Position numbers and translations under genes: made by a program. Positions 8,752-18,440 of a DNA stretch of 64,000 bases are shown here, piece by piece. The notes under the pieces are model-generated. The model saw nothing but the letters and a program-made list of their open reading frames with translations. It was not told where the DNA came from and made no database searches. The stretch lies in NCBI GenBank assembly GCA_963700155.1, contig OY969472.1:598431-662430 (forward strand), written 5' to 3'. Origin of the DNA: an uncultured bacterium (GTDB lineage Bacteria; Patescibacteriota; Dojkabacteria; J137). Each line of letters opens with the position of its first letter. Position 1 is the first letter of the stretch.

Positions 8752-11700
8752 TTAATCACCATTAATAAACTTGGTTGTATCCCACTGTGAAAAAACAGTT
8801 TCTAGATTTGCAAAAACAACAGGACCTTTATCATCTGAATATCTATACTGTTTTATATCATCAAATAATGCTTTAATTTTCCATTCATCAACTGAAACAA
8901 ACCAGTGAGGGTGCGTAAGGTAAACTAAATCTTGAGGATGATCTAGAGGCGCTTGCTTGTTTGTGAAATTGTCATTAAATCTTTTTATTAAATCTTCTTT
9001 TGTAAACCAATAGGAGTCAGCTCCATTATCTGGAAATTCCCAAATGCTTAATCTGTCTGAAAGATTACCTTCCCATTTGTTAATATCACTTTTGCTTGGA
9101 AGATATGGATATGTAGTATCTTTTAAATTCCATGGAAGTTTTGTACTATATGACACATTAGCATTTACTAAACCTCCTGTCCTCCCAGATGAATCAATAA
9201 GAAATCCAGTATTTTGCAGTGCGGTTAGTACATTTTCACCTCCCATCCAAGCTCCAATTCTGAAAGAAATTGGACTACCTAGGCCTTTATCGATGAGTTT
9301 ATTTCTTCCCCAAGTATAAATTTTTTCAAGTTCACTTTCAGTATAAGCATAAGAAGGTACATCAGAACCATAAGTTCCTTGTATTATAGGACTTGTTCTT
9401 GGAGTAACTCCGGCTTCTTTCACCATATCATCCCACATATGAATGTGCATTCCAATTTCATCACCATGATTTTGCTGCCTGTCTTTTATCCAATTTGTTA
9501 AGTAATCAGCTCTTTCTTTAGAAATTGTTGCTATTGTTCCATTTTGATCACTTTGTTTTTTTACATAAATTCTTGGATTAAAGAAATGGGTCGATTGAAT
9601 TCCATAAGTATCTTCGATATTAGCTATTGCATTCAAATTATCCTGAGACACATCCCATCCTTCCCAGTCAAATGTCCATGTTACATATAGCGGGTAGGTA
9701 TAAATAAAGGATAATTTCTGGCTTCGATTAATTTTTAGAATGTTATTTGAGTCTGTTGCATTTACTTGGATTGAATATGTCCCTGTATCAAGTCCTGTTA
9801 AATTAATCGAAGCCTCGTAAACACTATTTCCTTTTAAAGTTAACTTTCCAGATTTATTAGTTCCATCGATTGCATAGGTGACAACACTATTGTCGGTAAT
9901 TCCAGCACCTTTGGTATTTGCATCAATTATTAAATTTGTTGATGCTGCAGTAGAAATTTGATTTTTCAAGAACCATTTCCTATTTAAACTTAATTTTACA
10001 GGGTGAATTTGTTCATCTCCTAAAGATATTCCATCACTCGTTGGAGTAGAAGTATATTTATCTTTAGATACGCTAAACTTTTCTGCAAATTCATTACCAT
10101 AATACAAAAAATAATTTGTTGTTATATTTCCAGGGTCTAGATTATCGATAAGTTTAAATGAAATAGCAGTTGAAGATGTATTAGGTTTTTCAAGAAGGAA
10201 CGGCAGCACAAGGTAACTTCCTTTATCGCTGTCAAAATAAATTATTCTTAAATCTGTTCCATCTTTCATCGCTGCTGTTCCTTCTCCGATAGCTTTTTCA
10301 TGATCAAACTTTAATGTTATCCAGCTTCCCGAAAAGAGTGGTAGTGATGAGCTAGTATTTTTTACCGTGATTAGTCTTTTTATCCCAAAACTATCATCCC
10401 ACCAATTTTCTTCTTGTAAAATTAACCTTTTTCTATATATGACAGTATTTGTATCTGCTAAAGCTGGCTTAATAAATACTTCTTGATATAGTGAAGCACC
10501 AACAACTGTAAAAATTATTATAAATACTAAACTTACTAAGGATCTTTCAGTAAAAAACCACCAGACTGTGTTGTAATCTTTTTCTTTAAGTGTCCATTTT
10601 TTTAAGTAATTTTTTATACTTGTAAAAACAGCTGAAAAGAATAAGACAATAAATGTTAGTATCAAAATATCTGTAAAATATAAATGTTTTATTCCGTCTG
10701 GATTTTCGGGAGTAGTAGTGAAATATTTATATCCAAACAACAAAAGTGTGCTGAAAACTAGAGCTTCAATTGCAGTTATCCCAAAATAATTAAATATATT
10801 TTTTATAAATTTCGGAGTGACTTTATAGAATATTTGAAATAACAATAAGACAATTAGTGTTAAAGATAGACTGAGTGTCAGGAATGTTATTGAAGGAGGA
10901 AATCTTCCTTGATCTGGGAGTGGGAATAATAAAGTTGATCTTAAATATAGATAACTTAAAGTTCCTGTTACTGTTAATCCAATAAAGACAATCAGCCAAA
11001 TTATATTTACCCGAATTCGATGAATAAGACTTCTATGATTGTAAAAAAAGTGACCTAGGTATATTCCCAATAAAAATATTGGGAAGTACTGAAAAAGAGG
11101 AAACGCATGTAATGCTCCATCTGAATAAACTTGACCTCCTAGAAGGGCTTTTAGCGTATTTAATTTATCCGATCCAAAATCAATTTGGGAAATTAAACTT
11201 CCAATTCCATAAATCACAGACATAAAGAATAGTCCGAATAAAGGATTCTTTATTAAATATTTATATAGTTTAGGTAGCAAAAGTACAGTAAGTGAAATCA
11301 GGAATAAAGGAATCAAAAACTCACTAAATACAGGAACTATAAAGAAAAATAATGTTGAAATAATATTATTCAGCCATGAGAATGATGGTGGAAATGAATA
11401 AAGTGAAGTATTAACCAAAATAGATGCTGTTGCTAGAATATAATAAGCAAATAATAATTTTATTAAACGGCCGGTTTTTCGTACAACTCTTGCATTTCTA
11501 GATCCATGTTCTTCAACTTCAGGGCTAAAAGTAGAGTAGTAAGCAGCCATTCCAGAGATAAAAAGAAATGAGGTGAAAGAAAATATACCACCAAAGAGAC
11601 CGATGTAATAAACAGCTTTGCTAGATGCATTCCCAGAATAAGTTATTGCAATTACATGAGTGATTATCATTGCAATAACTGCAAACCCTCGCAAAATATC

Positions 11701-11796
11701 GATTATCTTTTCACGTTTATGTTTTGGTGTCTGAATATTAATATTCTGATTTAAATCTGAATAAGTTGTTTCTGTTTTAGCAGGATAAATCTTCAT
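8752..11796 (-). CDS. large polytopic membrane protein with a ~600-aa extracytoplasmic domain
   Basis: 1014 aa. The N-terminal ~430 aa is a ~10-TM domain opening with 'IIDILRGFAVIAMIITH' (acyltransferase_3/DUF1624-like). It is followed by a 'WWDDSFG' motif (cf. WWDYG of STT3/PglB/AglB). The distal domain carries 'TFDWEGWD' and 'HIHMWDD', reminiscent of NodB-type deacetylase motifs. Confidence 0.5.
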   Translation of the reverse strand: MKIYPAKTETTYSDLNQNINIQTPKHKREKIIDILRGFAVIAMIITHVIAITYSGNASSKAVYYIGLFGGIFSFTSFLFISGMAAYYSTFSPEVEEHGSRNARVVRKTGRLIKLLFAYYILATASILVNTSLYSFPPSFSWLNNIISTLFFFIVPVFSEFLIPLFLISLTVLLLPKLYKYLIKNPLFGLFFMSVIYGIGSLISQIDFGSDKLNTLKALLGGQVYSDGALHAFPLFQYFPIFLLGIYLGHFFYNHRSLIHRIRVNIIWLIVFIGLTVTGTLSYLYLRSTLLFPLPDQGRFPPSITFLTLSLSLTLIVLLLFQIFYKVTPKFIKNIFNYFGITAIEALVFSTLLLFGYKYFTTTPENPDGIKHLYFTDILILTFIVLFFSAVFTSIKNYLKKWTLKEKDYNTVWWFFTERSLVSLVFIIIFTVVGASLYQEVFIKPALADTNTVIYRKRLILQEENWWDDSFGIKRLITVKNTSSSLPLFSGSWITLKFDHEKAIGEGTAAMKDGTDLRIIYFDSDKGSYLVLPFLLEKPNTSSTAISFKLIDNLDPGNITTNYFLYYGNEFAEKFSVSKDKYTSTPTSDGISLGDEQIHPVKLSLNRKWFLKNQISTAASTNLIIDANTKGAGITDNSVVTYAIDGTNKSGKLTLKGNSVYEASINLTGLDTGTYSIQVNATDSNNILKINRSQKLSFIYTYPLYVTWTFDWEGWDVSQDNLNAIANIEDTYGIQSTHFFNPRIYVKKQSDQNGTIATISKERADYLTNWIKDRQQNHGDEIGMHIHMWDDMVKEAGVTPRTSPIIQGTYGSDVPSYAYTESELEKIYTWGRNKLIDKGLGSPISFRIGAWMGGENVLTALQNTGFLIDSSGRTGGLVNANVSYSTKLPWNLKDTTYPYLPSKSDINKWEGNLSDRLSIWEFPDNGADSYWFTKEDLIKRFNDNFTNKQAPLDHPQDLVYLTHPHWFVSVDEWKIKALFDDIKQYRYSDDKGPVVFANLETVFSQWDTTKFINGD

Positions 11797-11886
11797 TTTA
11801 TTAAATTGATATTTCCTTTATAGGATATCATTTAATTACAAATTTTGAAATTTGGAATTTTGACCTAAAAAGAATTATGTTTTGGA

Positions 11887-11918
11887 AGGCAAAGTATGGA
11901 CTTAAGTCCATACTTTGC
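11887..11918. repeat. 32-bp perfect palindrome GGCAAAGTATGGACTTAAGTCCATACTTTGCC
   Basis: Read directly. It lies in the divergent region between the start of the 8752..11796 gene and tRNA-Asn, and it abuts a TATAAT hexamer at 11920..11925. Confidence 0.85.
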
Positions 11919-11952
11919 CTTATAATCTCTTCGCAATATTAATAATTTTTGT

Positions 11953-12024
11953 TCCGGCTTAGCTCAGCGGTAGAGCGCTCGCCTGTTAAGCGATTGGTCG
12001 CTGGTTCGAATCCAGCAGCCGGAG
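11953..12024 (+). tRNA. tRNA-Asn (anticodon GUU)
   Basis: Manually folded cloverleaf. The acceptor TCCGGCT pairs with AGCCGGA. The D-arm is GCTC/GAGC. The anticodon stem is CTCGC/GCGAT with loop CTGTTAA. The T-arm is GCTGG-TTCGAAT-CCAGC. The discriminator is G, and CCA is not encoded. Confidence 0.85.
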
Positions 12025-12046
12025 ATTTAAATTCTTCAATTTAGAA

Positions 12047-12379
12047 ATGATTGTATTTAAAGAAGAGATTGGTACTTCAGATGACAATTTGGTAGTAGAT
12101 GTTCCTAATGATCCGACAAGAAGGTCTGGAATTCCTTTTAATGAAACTTTAATCAATCTTTTTAAAGAGTGCGGTGCTTTAAGAAAAGCTGAGATTTTAG
12201 AAAGATTCTTATATGATTTTAGTTGTAACAATACAACAGATATTATAATCAGTATAAGAAGTGGGGATGTTCCTATGGAGTTGCTTTTAGATATTGTAGG
12301 TTTAAAAAGTGCCGGTGGGGATACAATGCCTATTAGTATAGTGGATGCTGCTCAAAACTGCTTAGAGAATTTAGTATAA
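12047..12379 (+). CDS. hypothetical protein (110 aa)
   Basis: ORF downstream of the tRNA; the overlapping minus-strand ORF 11986..12231 runs through the tRNA and is rejected. Confidence 0.3.
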   Translation: MIVFKEEIGTSDDNLVVDVPNDPTRRSGIPFNETLINLFKECGALRKAEILERFLYDFSCNNTTDIIISIRSGDVPMELLLDIVGLKSAGGDTMPISIVDAAQNCLENLV

Positions 12380-12441
12380 TTATTCCTTTATCTTTAATAT
12401 AAATTCAAGTATATTTTTTAATAATCTTTATAAATATTTAA

Positions 12442-12945
12442 ATGGCATTATTTAATTTTAAACCGCCTAAAAAAGAAGGGATTATAGATGGAAAATCACT
12501 TTTAGATAAATATCAAGTCCCTAAAGAACTTTTTAAAATGATTGAAGAAATACTTCAAGAAGAAGGTCTTAATAATTATTTTACTCCTAATGTAATTAAA
12601 TTAATGATTGAATCAAAAGATAAGGTTTTATCAAAAAGTAGACATTTTTCAGATCTGCTTGCTGTAGATAGAAATCATGAAGATCTAAAGATCTTTTTAT
12701 CGAGATTCAAGAGTGATTTAGAAGAAAGAATTAAAGATATAGAAGAGGGGATCAGCAAATATGATATTCAAGACAGTATCTTAAAAGAAAATCTTTTAAA
12801 AATTCTTAGGTCTTATTTATCACTAGATATTAATGTATTTAGGATAGCTTTTAATACACCTGAAAATATGGATATTAACGATAGAATAGAGCAAGTCAAT
12901 AGAAATCTCAGAGATTTCTTTTTAGATAAAGAAAAAGCTGCATGA
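12442..12945 (+). CDS. hypothetical protein (167 aa)
   Basis: ORF convergent with the ABC transporter gene; helical, charged. Confidence 0.35.
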   Translation: MALFNFKPPKKEGIIDGKSLLDKYQVPKELFKMIEEILQEEGLNNYFTPNVIKLMIESKDKVLSKSRHFSDLLAVDRNHEDLKIFLSRFKSDLEERIKDIEEGISKYDIQDSILKENLLKILRSYLSLDINVFRIAFNTPENMDINDRIEQVNRNLRDFFLDKEKAA

Positions 12946-12952
12946 TCAAATT

Positions 12953-15163
12953 TTATTCATATCTTAGCGCATCTAAAGCAGAGATCTTTGTAGCTCTAGT
13001 AGCTGGATATAATCCTGTCAAAACGCCTGTTATTCCAGAAATTAATAGAATTATAACTGCACTCGAAATAGGTAGATTTACAAGGTTCAGATATCCATAA
13101 CCTCTTGAAATTGAGATTAAGGAGATTATAAATGATAATAAATTTCCCGCAATAACACCAAATAGTATACCTACAATCCCTCCTAACAACCCCATTGTTA
13201 TAGATTCAGACAAGAACAAGTGTTTTACTTCTTCTGCTCTCATTCCGATAGCCTTCATTAATCCAACTTCTTTTGTCCTTTCTAAGAGTGATACAGTTAG
13301 TGTATTAAACATTCCTAATGCGGCAACAAATAATGCAACAAATCCTACTATGGCAAATACAACTCTAGCATTATCAAAAAAGCCCTGAATTTGTTGAACA
13401 GTATCTAAAATTGCAGTAGTTCTGAATCCAAGTACATTTAACTGTTGTCTCAAAGTATCAACATCAGTTTGATCACTAGTGACTAATCTTACTTGTGAGT
13501 AGTTCTTAATCCCAAGTGATTGTACGTCTTGGATTGGAGCATAAGCTTTTGGTGCGTCATTAGAAGATATTACTCCAACAATAGTATAATCAAAAGATTT
13601 TGGTTCAGATGTCTTATCAGTTTTTTGAGCACTATCAGTTAAAATGTATGAAATTTTTAATGTCTTATTAATCGCATTACCTGAGTTAAGACCTATAACG
13701 TCTAAGAATGACTGATTAACAACAATGCCTTCATTTCCAGAAATTGGATTATCTTCAAACAAATTCCCGGTAGTTATTTTTGATTCAATAGTATTTAAAT
13801 ATGCTGATTGTACGCCATAAACCACAACATCAGCATTAGAATCCTGATAATTAACATTCCCTGCGATACTTATTACAGGATATGTCTGTTCAACATGATC
13901 AAGTCCTTTTAAAGTACCAAGAGCATCTTCATTTATTATTACGCTTTCACCCAAAGACGGATAAACATCTATTTGTTTTAATTGTTCTAGTTCAGCAACT
14001 TGAGATATAACAAGATTTTCTATTCCAAAACCAATTGAAACTAAAAAGGCTGTGAATCCTATACCTAACGCAACTCCCCCTATTGTTATAAGTGCTCTAT
14101 TTCTTTTTGCAAAAAGATTTTTGAAAGAAAGTTCAAATATATCAATATAGCTGATACTTTGTATTTTTGATTTATCAAGAATATCAATAAATTTATCATA
14201 AATCCCAGTTATTAATTTATCTAATGGTTTAAATATAACTGAGATAGAGAATACTTTGTGCAAAATTCTGTAAGTTAAGGACACTATTACTAATATTGTT
14301 GAAAGTATAACAAGTCCAATTGTTGTGAAAATGTTTTTAAAAAAACCAGAATTTTGCTCTCTCTTTCGTTTTGGATTGCTAAGGTTAGAAAGATCGGCTT
14401 TATAAGGTACTGCTGTCCCATCATCAACTTTATTTTCAGTTATCAAAGACTCTTTTATTTCTTTAATGTTATCTTTAGTTATTACTGAATCTCGTACAAT
14501 CTTCCCATCAAAGATATATAGAAATCTTTTGGCGAAATCTAAATTATCAATATTATGAGTAACCATAATTACTGTTTTCCCCTCAATACTTAGTTTTTGA
14601 AGGTATTCGGACAGTTCTTTACCGCTTTTATAATCCAAGTTTCCAGTAGGTTCATCAGCAACAATTATTTGTGGATCTGTAATTAAAGCTCTTGCGAGGG
14701 AAACTTTCTGTTGTTGTCCTGAGGAAAGCTCGCTTGGCAAAAAAGTAGCCCATTCTGAAAGCTCGAATTGTTCAAGCATCTTTAAAGCTTTGGTATTTGC
14801 GTCAATCTTAGAGTAACCTCTTAAAACTAAGGGAAAAGCTACATTTTCTTGTACATTTAATGATTTTATCCAATAAGGTTGTTGATATATTATTCCCACA
14901 TTCTTTTTTCTGAAGTTAGCGAGTTCTTCACTATTTGCATTTGTTATATCAACCCCTGCAAAATTGATTGATCCTTTGGTGGCATCTTCTAATCCTAGCA
15001 GAACGTTAAGAAGTGTTGATTTACCACTTCCCGAAGGTCCAAATATCATTGCAAACTCACCTTGTGAGATTTCGACATTAACGTCTTTTAATACATCGAT
15101 GCTTTTAGGTTTTACATCATACCTTTTGAATATATTTTTTATCTTTATTATCGGATTATTCAT
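12953..15163 (-). CDS. ABC transporter, fused ATP-binding and FtsX-type permease (MacB-like topology)
   Basis: Walker A 'GPSGSGKST', signature 'LSSGQQQKVSLARAL', Walker B 'IVADEPTGNLD' and H-loop 'VTHN' in the first ~230 aa. A TM follows, then a ~300-aa extracytoplasmic domain, then three C-terminal TM helices (FtsX/MacB fold). Confidence 0.8.
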   Translation of the reverse strand: MNNPIIKIKNIFKRYDVKPKSIDVLKDVNVEISQGEFAMIFGPSGSGKSTLLNVLLGLEDATKGSINFAGVDITNANSEELANFRKKNVGIIYQQPYWIKSLNVQENVAFPLVLRGYSKIDANTKALKMLEQFELSEWATFLPSELSSGQQQKVSLARALITDPQIIVADEPTGNLDYKSGKELSEYLQKLSIEGKTVIMVTHNIDNLDFAKRFLYIFDGKIVRDSVITKDNIKEIKESLITENKVDDGTAVPYKADLSNLSNPKRKREQNSGFFKNIFTTIGLVILSTILVIVSLTYRILHKVFSISVIFKPLDKLITGIYDKFIDILDKSKIQSISYIDIFELSFKNLFAKRNRALITIGGVALGIGFTAFLVSIGFGIENLVISQVAELEQLKQIDVYPSLGESVIINEDALGTLKGLDHVEQTYPVISIAGNVNYQDSNADVVVYGVQSAYLNTIESKITTGNLFEDNPISGNEGIVVNQSFLDVIGLNSGNAINKTLKISYILTDSAQKTDKTSEPKSFDYTIVGVISSNDAPKAYAPIQDVQSLGIKNYSQVRLVTSDQTDVDTLRQQLNVLGFRTTAILDTVQQIQGFFDNARVVFAIVGFVALFVAALGMFNTLTVSLLERTKEVGLMKAIGMRAEEVKHLFLSESITMGLLGGIVGILFGVIAGNLLSFIISLISISRGYGYLNLVNLPISSAVIILLISGITGVLTGLYPATRATKISALDALRYE

Positions 15164-15213
15164 TATACTTATTAAACATTTAATATATGATTATGATTTT
15201 CAAGTTCATTTTA

Positions 15214-18200
15214 TTACAAAAAGCTAAAGATGTCTTGTAACCCTTTCAAAACAATATCAAGTGCACTCTCAGATTTCTGAGGTGCAATAGTTACAATATT
15301 ATTAGTTTGCGATTCATTCTTACTACTATCATCAGATACAGCTCTTAAGTGATATACACCGGATGGTTTAAGATTAGAAACAATTACAACATGTTTAAGA
15401 CCTAAAGTTCTATCAATCTGAGTACTTTGACTGTAATCACCAGAAGAACCTTCACCAAATTCTACTTGACTTGTAGCAAGTTCATCAGTGGTCCAAGAAA
15501 CAATAACTTGAGCAGTAGAGTCTTGAGAATCAGGATTAACAGCTTCAACTTTAATGTTAGAGATAGCAGGAGGTCTAGTATCAGTCGCAGTAGTAAATGT
15601 ATGAACATCAGAAGTAGCTTGATTACCAATAGAATCTGTACCTTTTACTACAAGTGAGTACTTAGTATCAGTCGAAAGATTTTCAATAGTTAACTTATGA
15701 TCGGTTTTAGGTTCAATATCGATGACATTTTTAATAAGATCTGGATTATCAGCAGGATAGAATGAAACAATTGATGATATCTCAGTATTAGAAGACCAAG
15801 AGACATCAACAGTAGGTTGGGCAACATTCTTAACTTCTTGAATTTGTATATTACTTACAGTTGGTCTTGGTAATGTAGTTAGGTCTAAAATGGTACCTTG
15901 ATACTCGAATCCTTCAACATCTGTTGGATTAATTTTAAAGTAATATTTAGTTCCGTCATCTAAATTACTTAAAAGAGCAGTGTAAGAACTTTCAATAAAT
16001 GCAGTGTCAATAGTTTTCAATCCTCCAAAATCAGTTGATTTTCCATAATATACTTTTACAGATTTAGCATTAGTAACTGTAAAATTGATTAATGCTGAAT
16101 CAATTCCAACATTAGATGCATTTGCATTCTTAACTGTTGGTGCAGGATCTGTGGAGAAAGTTTTCTCTTCACTGATACCTGTATTCCCATCTTCATCAGT
16201 CCATTTAGCTCTGTAGTAGTAAGTTGTTCCAGCCGACAGATTATCAAGAGTAACAGTATGAGCAGTAACTTGAGCAGAAACAGCACTTTCAGCTTCAAGA
16301 TAATCATTAGATGAAAGTCCTATTTGAATTTTAGAGTCAGATCTTCTGTCTGTTACCCATGAGATAACTGCTTTTCTTGTAGTAGTAGCATTAACAGTAG
16401 GACCGGAGATTAAATCAGCAGGACTAGTATATTTACCTGTAGGATATTTAGTAACAGTACTAGAAACAGCAGAGCAATTGTTTGCAGAGTCACATGCTTT
16501 TATGCAGTAATAGTAATCTTGTTGTGATAGTCCTGTATCAATATATGATGTTCCTAATACTGTACTGATTTTTGAGAAGTCTCCAAAACTGACACTACAA
16601 GAAGCACTGGTAGTAGTAGATCTATATACATCGTAATTAGAAACTCCTGCACCAACATTAGAAGGAGTGGTCCAAGTTAAAGCTAATTTCCAATCAGAAG
16701 TATCTTTATTAGAGATATCAGCAACATCAGGGTTCAAAGGAATACCAGGTGCTTGTCCGGAATAGGTAAATGTAATAGATGTATATGTACTGTAATTGAT
16801 ATTCCCAGCCTCATCTTTAGCAACTACATAGAAAGTATTAGTGTCAGGTTGATTAGCGAATGCGTCTGCTGATAAACTTGTTACACCTGCGCTAGTATAT
16901 GTACAAGTGTTTACGCTAGGTAAGGTATTAATTGTATAGCAGTATGTTAGGTTGCTAACACTACCAGTAAAAGTTCCTGGAGGATCCCAGTCAAAAGCAT
17001 AAGAATTAGTAGTATTATCACTTGGTGTAACACTTAAGTTTTGTGGTTCACTAGGTGCATTAGTGTTAATTTTTAGTACTCCTGAGATACTTGATGTAGA
17101 AATATTCCCAGCTAAGTCTAATGTTCTAAAGTAAATGATGTTGTTACCATCAGAAAGGTTAGGATAATCATAAGTAGGATCAGTAGTATAGGTGCCGTCA
17201 TTAACAAGTCGGTCAGTTAAATCTTGATTACCATTATGTAAATCTCCATACCATGTACCTCCACTTCCAATTCTGTATTGTAAACCTGCTAAACCGGCAC
17301 CAACATCAGTAGCTTCATTACCTCCAGTTGTTGGCCAAGTGATAGTGGCATCTTTAGTAGAGATAAAGTTAGATGGCATAGAGATAAAGTCAGGGTTCTC
17401 TGGAGGTGTATTATCAAATTTGAATGAAATTAAATCCTGGTAAAGATTAGAAGCACCACTCCAAATATTACCGGTAACATCAACAGCTTTGATAGAGAAG
17501 TAGTATTGTTTACCTGTTGTTAGAGTCAATCCAGAGATACTACTTAAGTCAACGTGATCCCCTGTAGCAATGTAATCACAATAACTTTCACTTACACCAT
17601 CATCAAGACCATGGAGGATACCTCCACTAGTAGCAGGGTTAACACTGCTAGAGTTACCAGGAGTAGCTTCGTCAAGTGAAATACAATATCCTAACAACCC
17701 ACTTCCACCAACATTGTCGTTACCTTCGGTCCAGTTAATTTGAGGTTTAGACTTGACCCAGTCACCGTCATTAACTCCTGAGATATTAATACTTGTGGCA
17801 TTTTGTGTTGGTAAGGTTGTATCATAAGTTAAGTCTAAAGATACATCTGAAAGAACAGGAGTATTCTGTCCACCAGAACTTAGGAATGATTTAAATGCAA
17901 AATATTTACTAGAAGGACTAAAGCTAGAGATATTAGTGTTAATATCAGAAGCAATATTGGAATTAGCACTTGAACTAGCGTTACTCCAAGCAGCACCATC
18001 CCAGTATTTCCAAGTATTATTTGAATTACAATTAGAAACAGTATCACCACATATTTGATAATATATCTCACTTCCTGCAGGTTTAGTAGAAGTAGTAGTA
18101 CAGTTACTACTACCATCTAAAGTACCTTCACAGAAGTGATCAATCGATTGTGGCCTAGATGTTAGATCTAAAGAGTTAGTAGAACTAACTGATGGTTTAT

Positions 18201-18440
18201 CAACAGGATAATTTTGATAAGTAAATGTATTACTTGATATTTTAGGTAAGTAACTAGAATTATCAGTTTCAAGAATAGTTTTGTATTGAAAATATTGATT
18301 ATTAGAAACGTTACTTAAAGCAAAAGTAGGTAAGTCAGTAGAAGTATTATTAGCATCAGAATAATATGTATTGGAAGTCCCATCAGGACCGATAAATGAC
18401 TCTCCAGAGCAAGCATTATCATCACATGATCTAACCTGGT
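15214..18440. repeat. ~3.2-kb near-identical direct repeat, copy 1 (3' two-thirds of paralogue A)
   Basis: Nucleotide stretches from 15214 to ~18440 are almost identical to 20217 to ~23445. The encoded proteins run from 'KYQVRSCDDNACSGESFIGPDG...' to the C-terminus with only scattered substitutions. Confidence 0.8.

Noticed and set aside
11953-12024. tRNA-Asn as the integration site of a genomic island comprising the giant-protein or T4SS regions
   Set aside because: No integrase or recombinase gene and no direct repeat of the tRNA 3' end were found in the window, so the idea is speculative.
11986-12231. Minus-strand 81-aa ORF
   Set aside because: It runs through the tRNA-Asn gene (11953..12024) and overlaps the plus-strand ORF 12047..12379, so it is a spurious frame.
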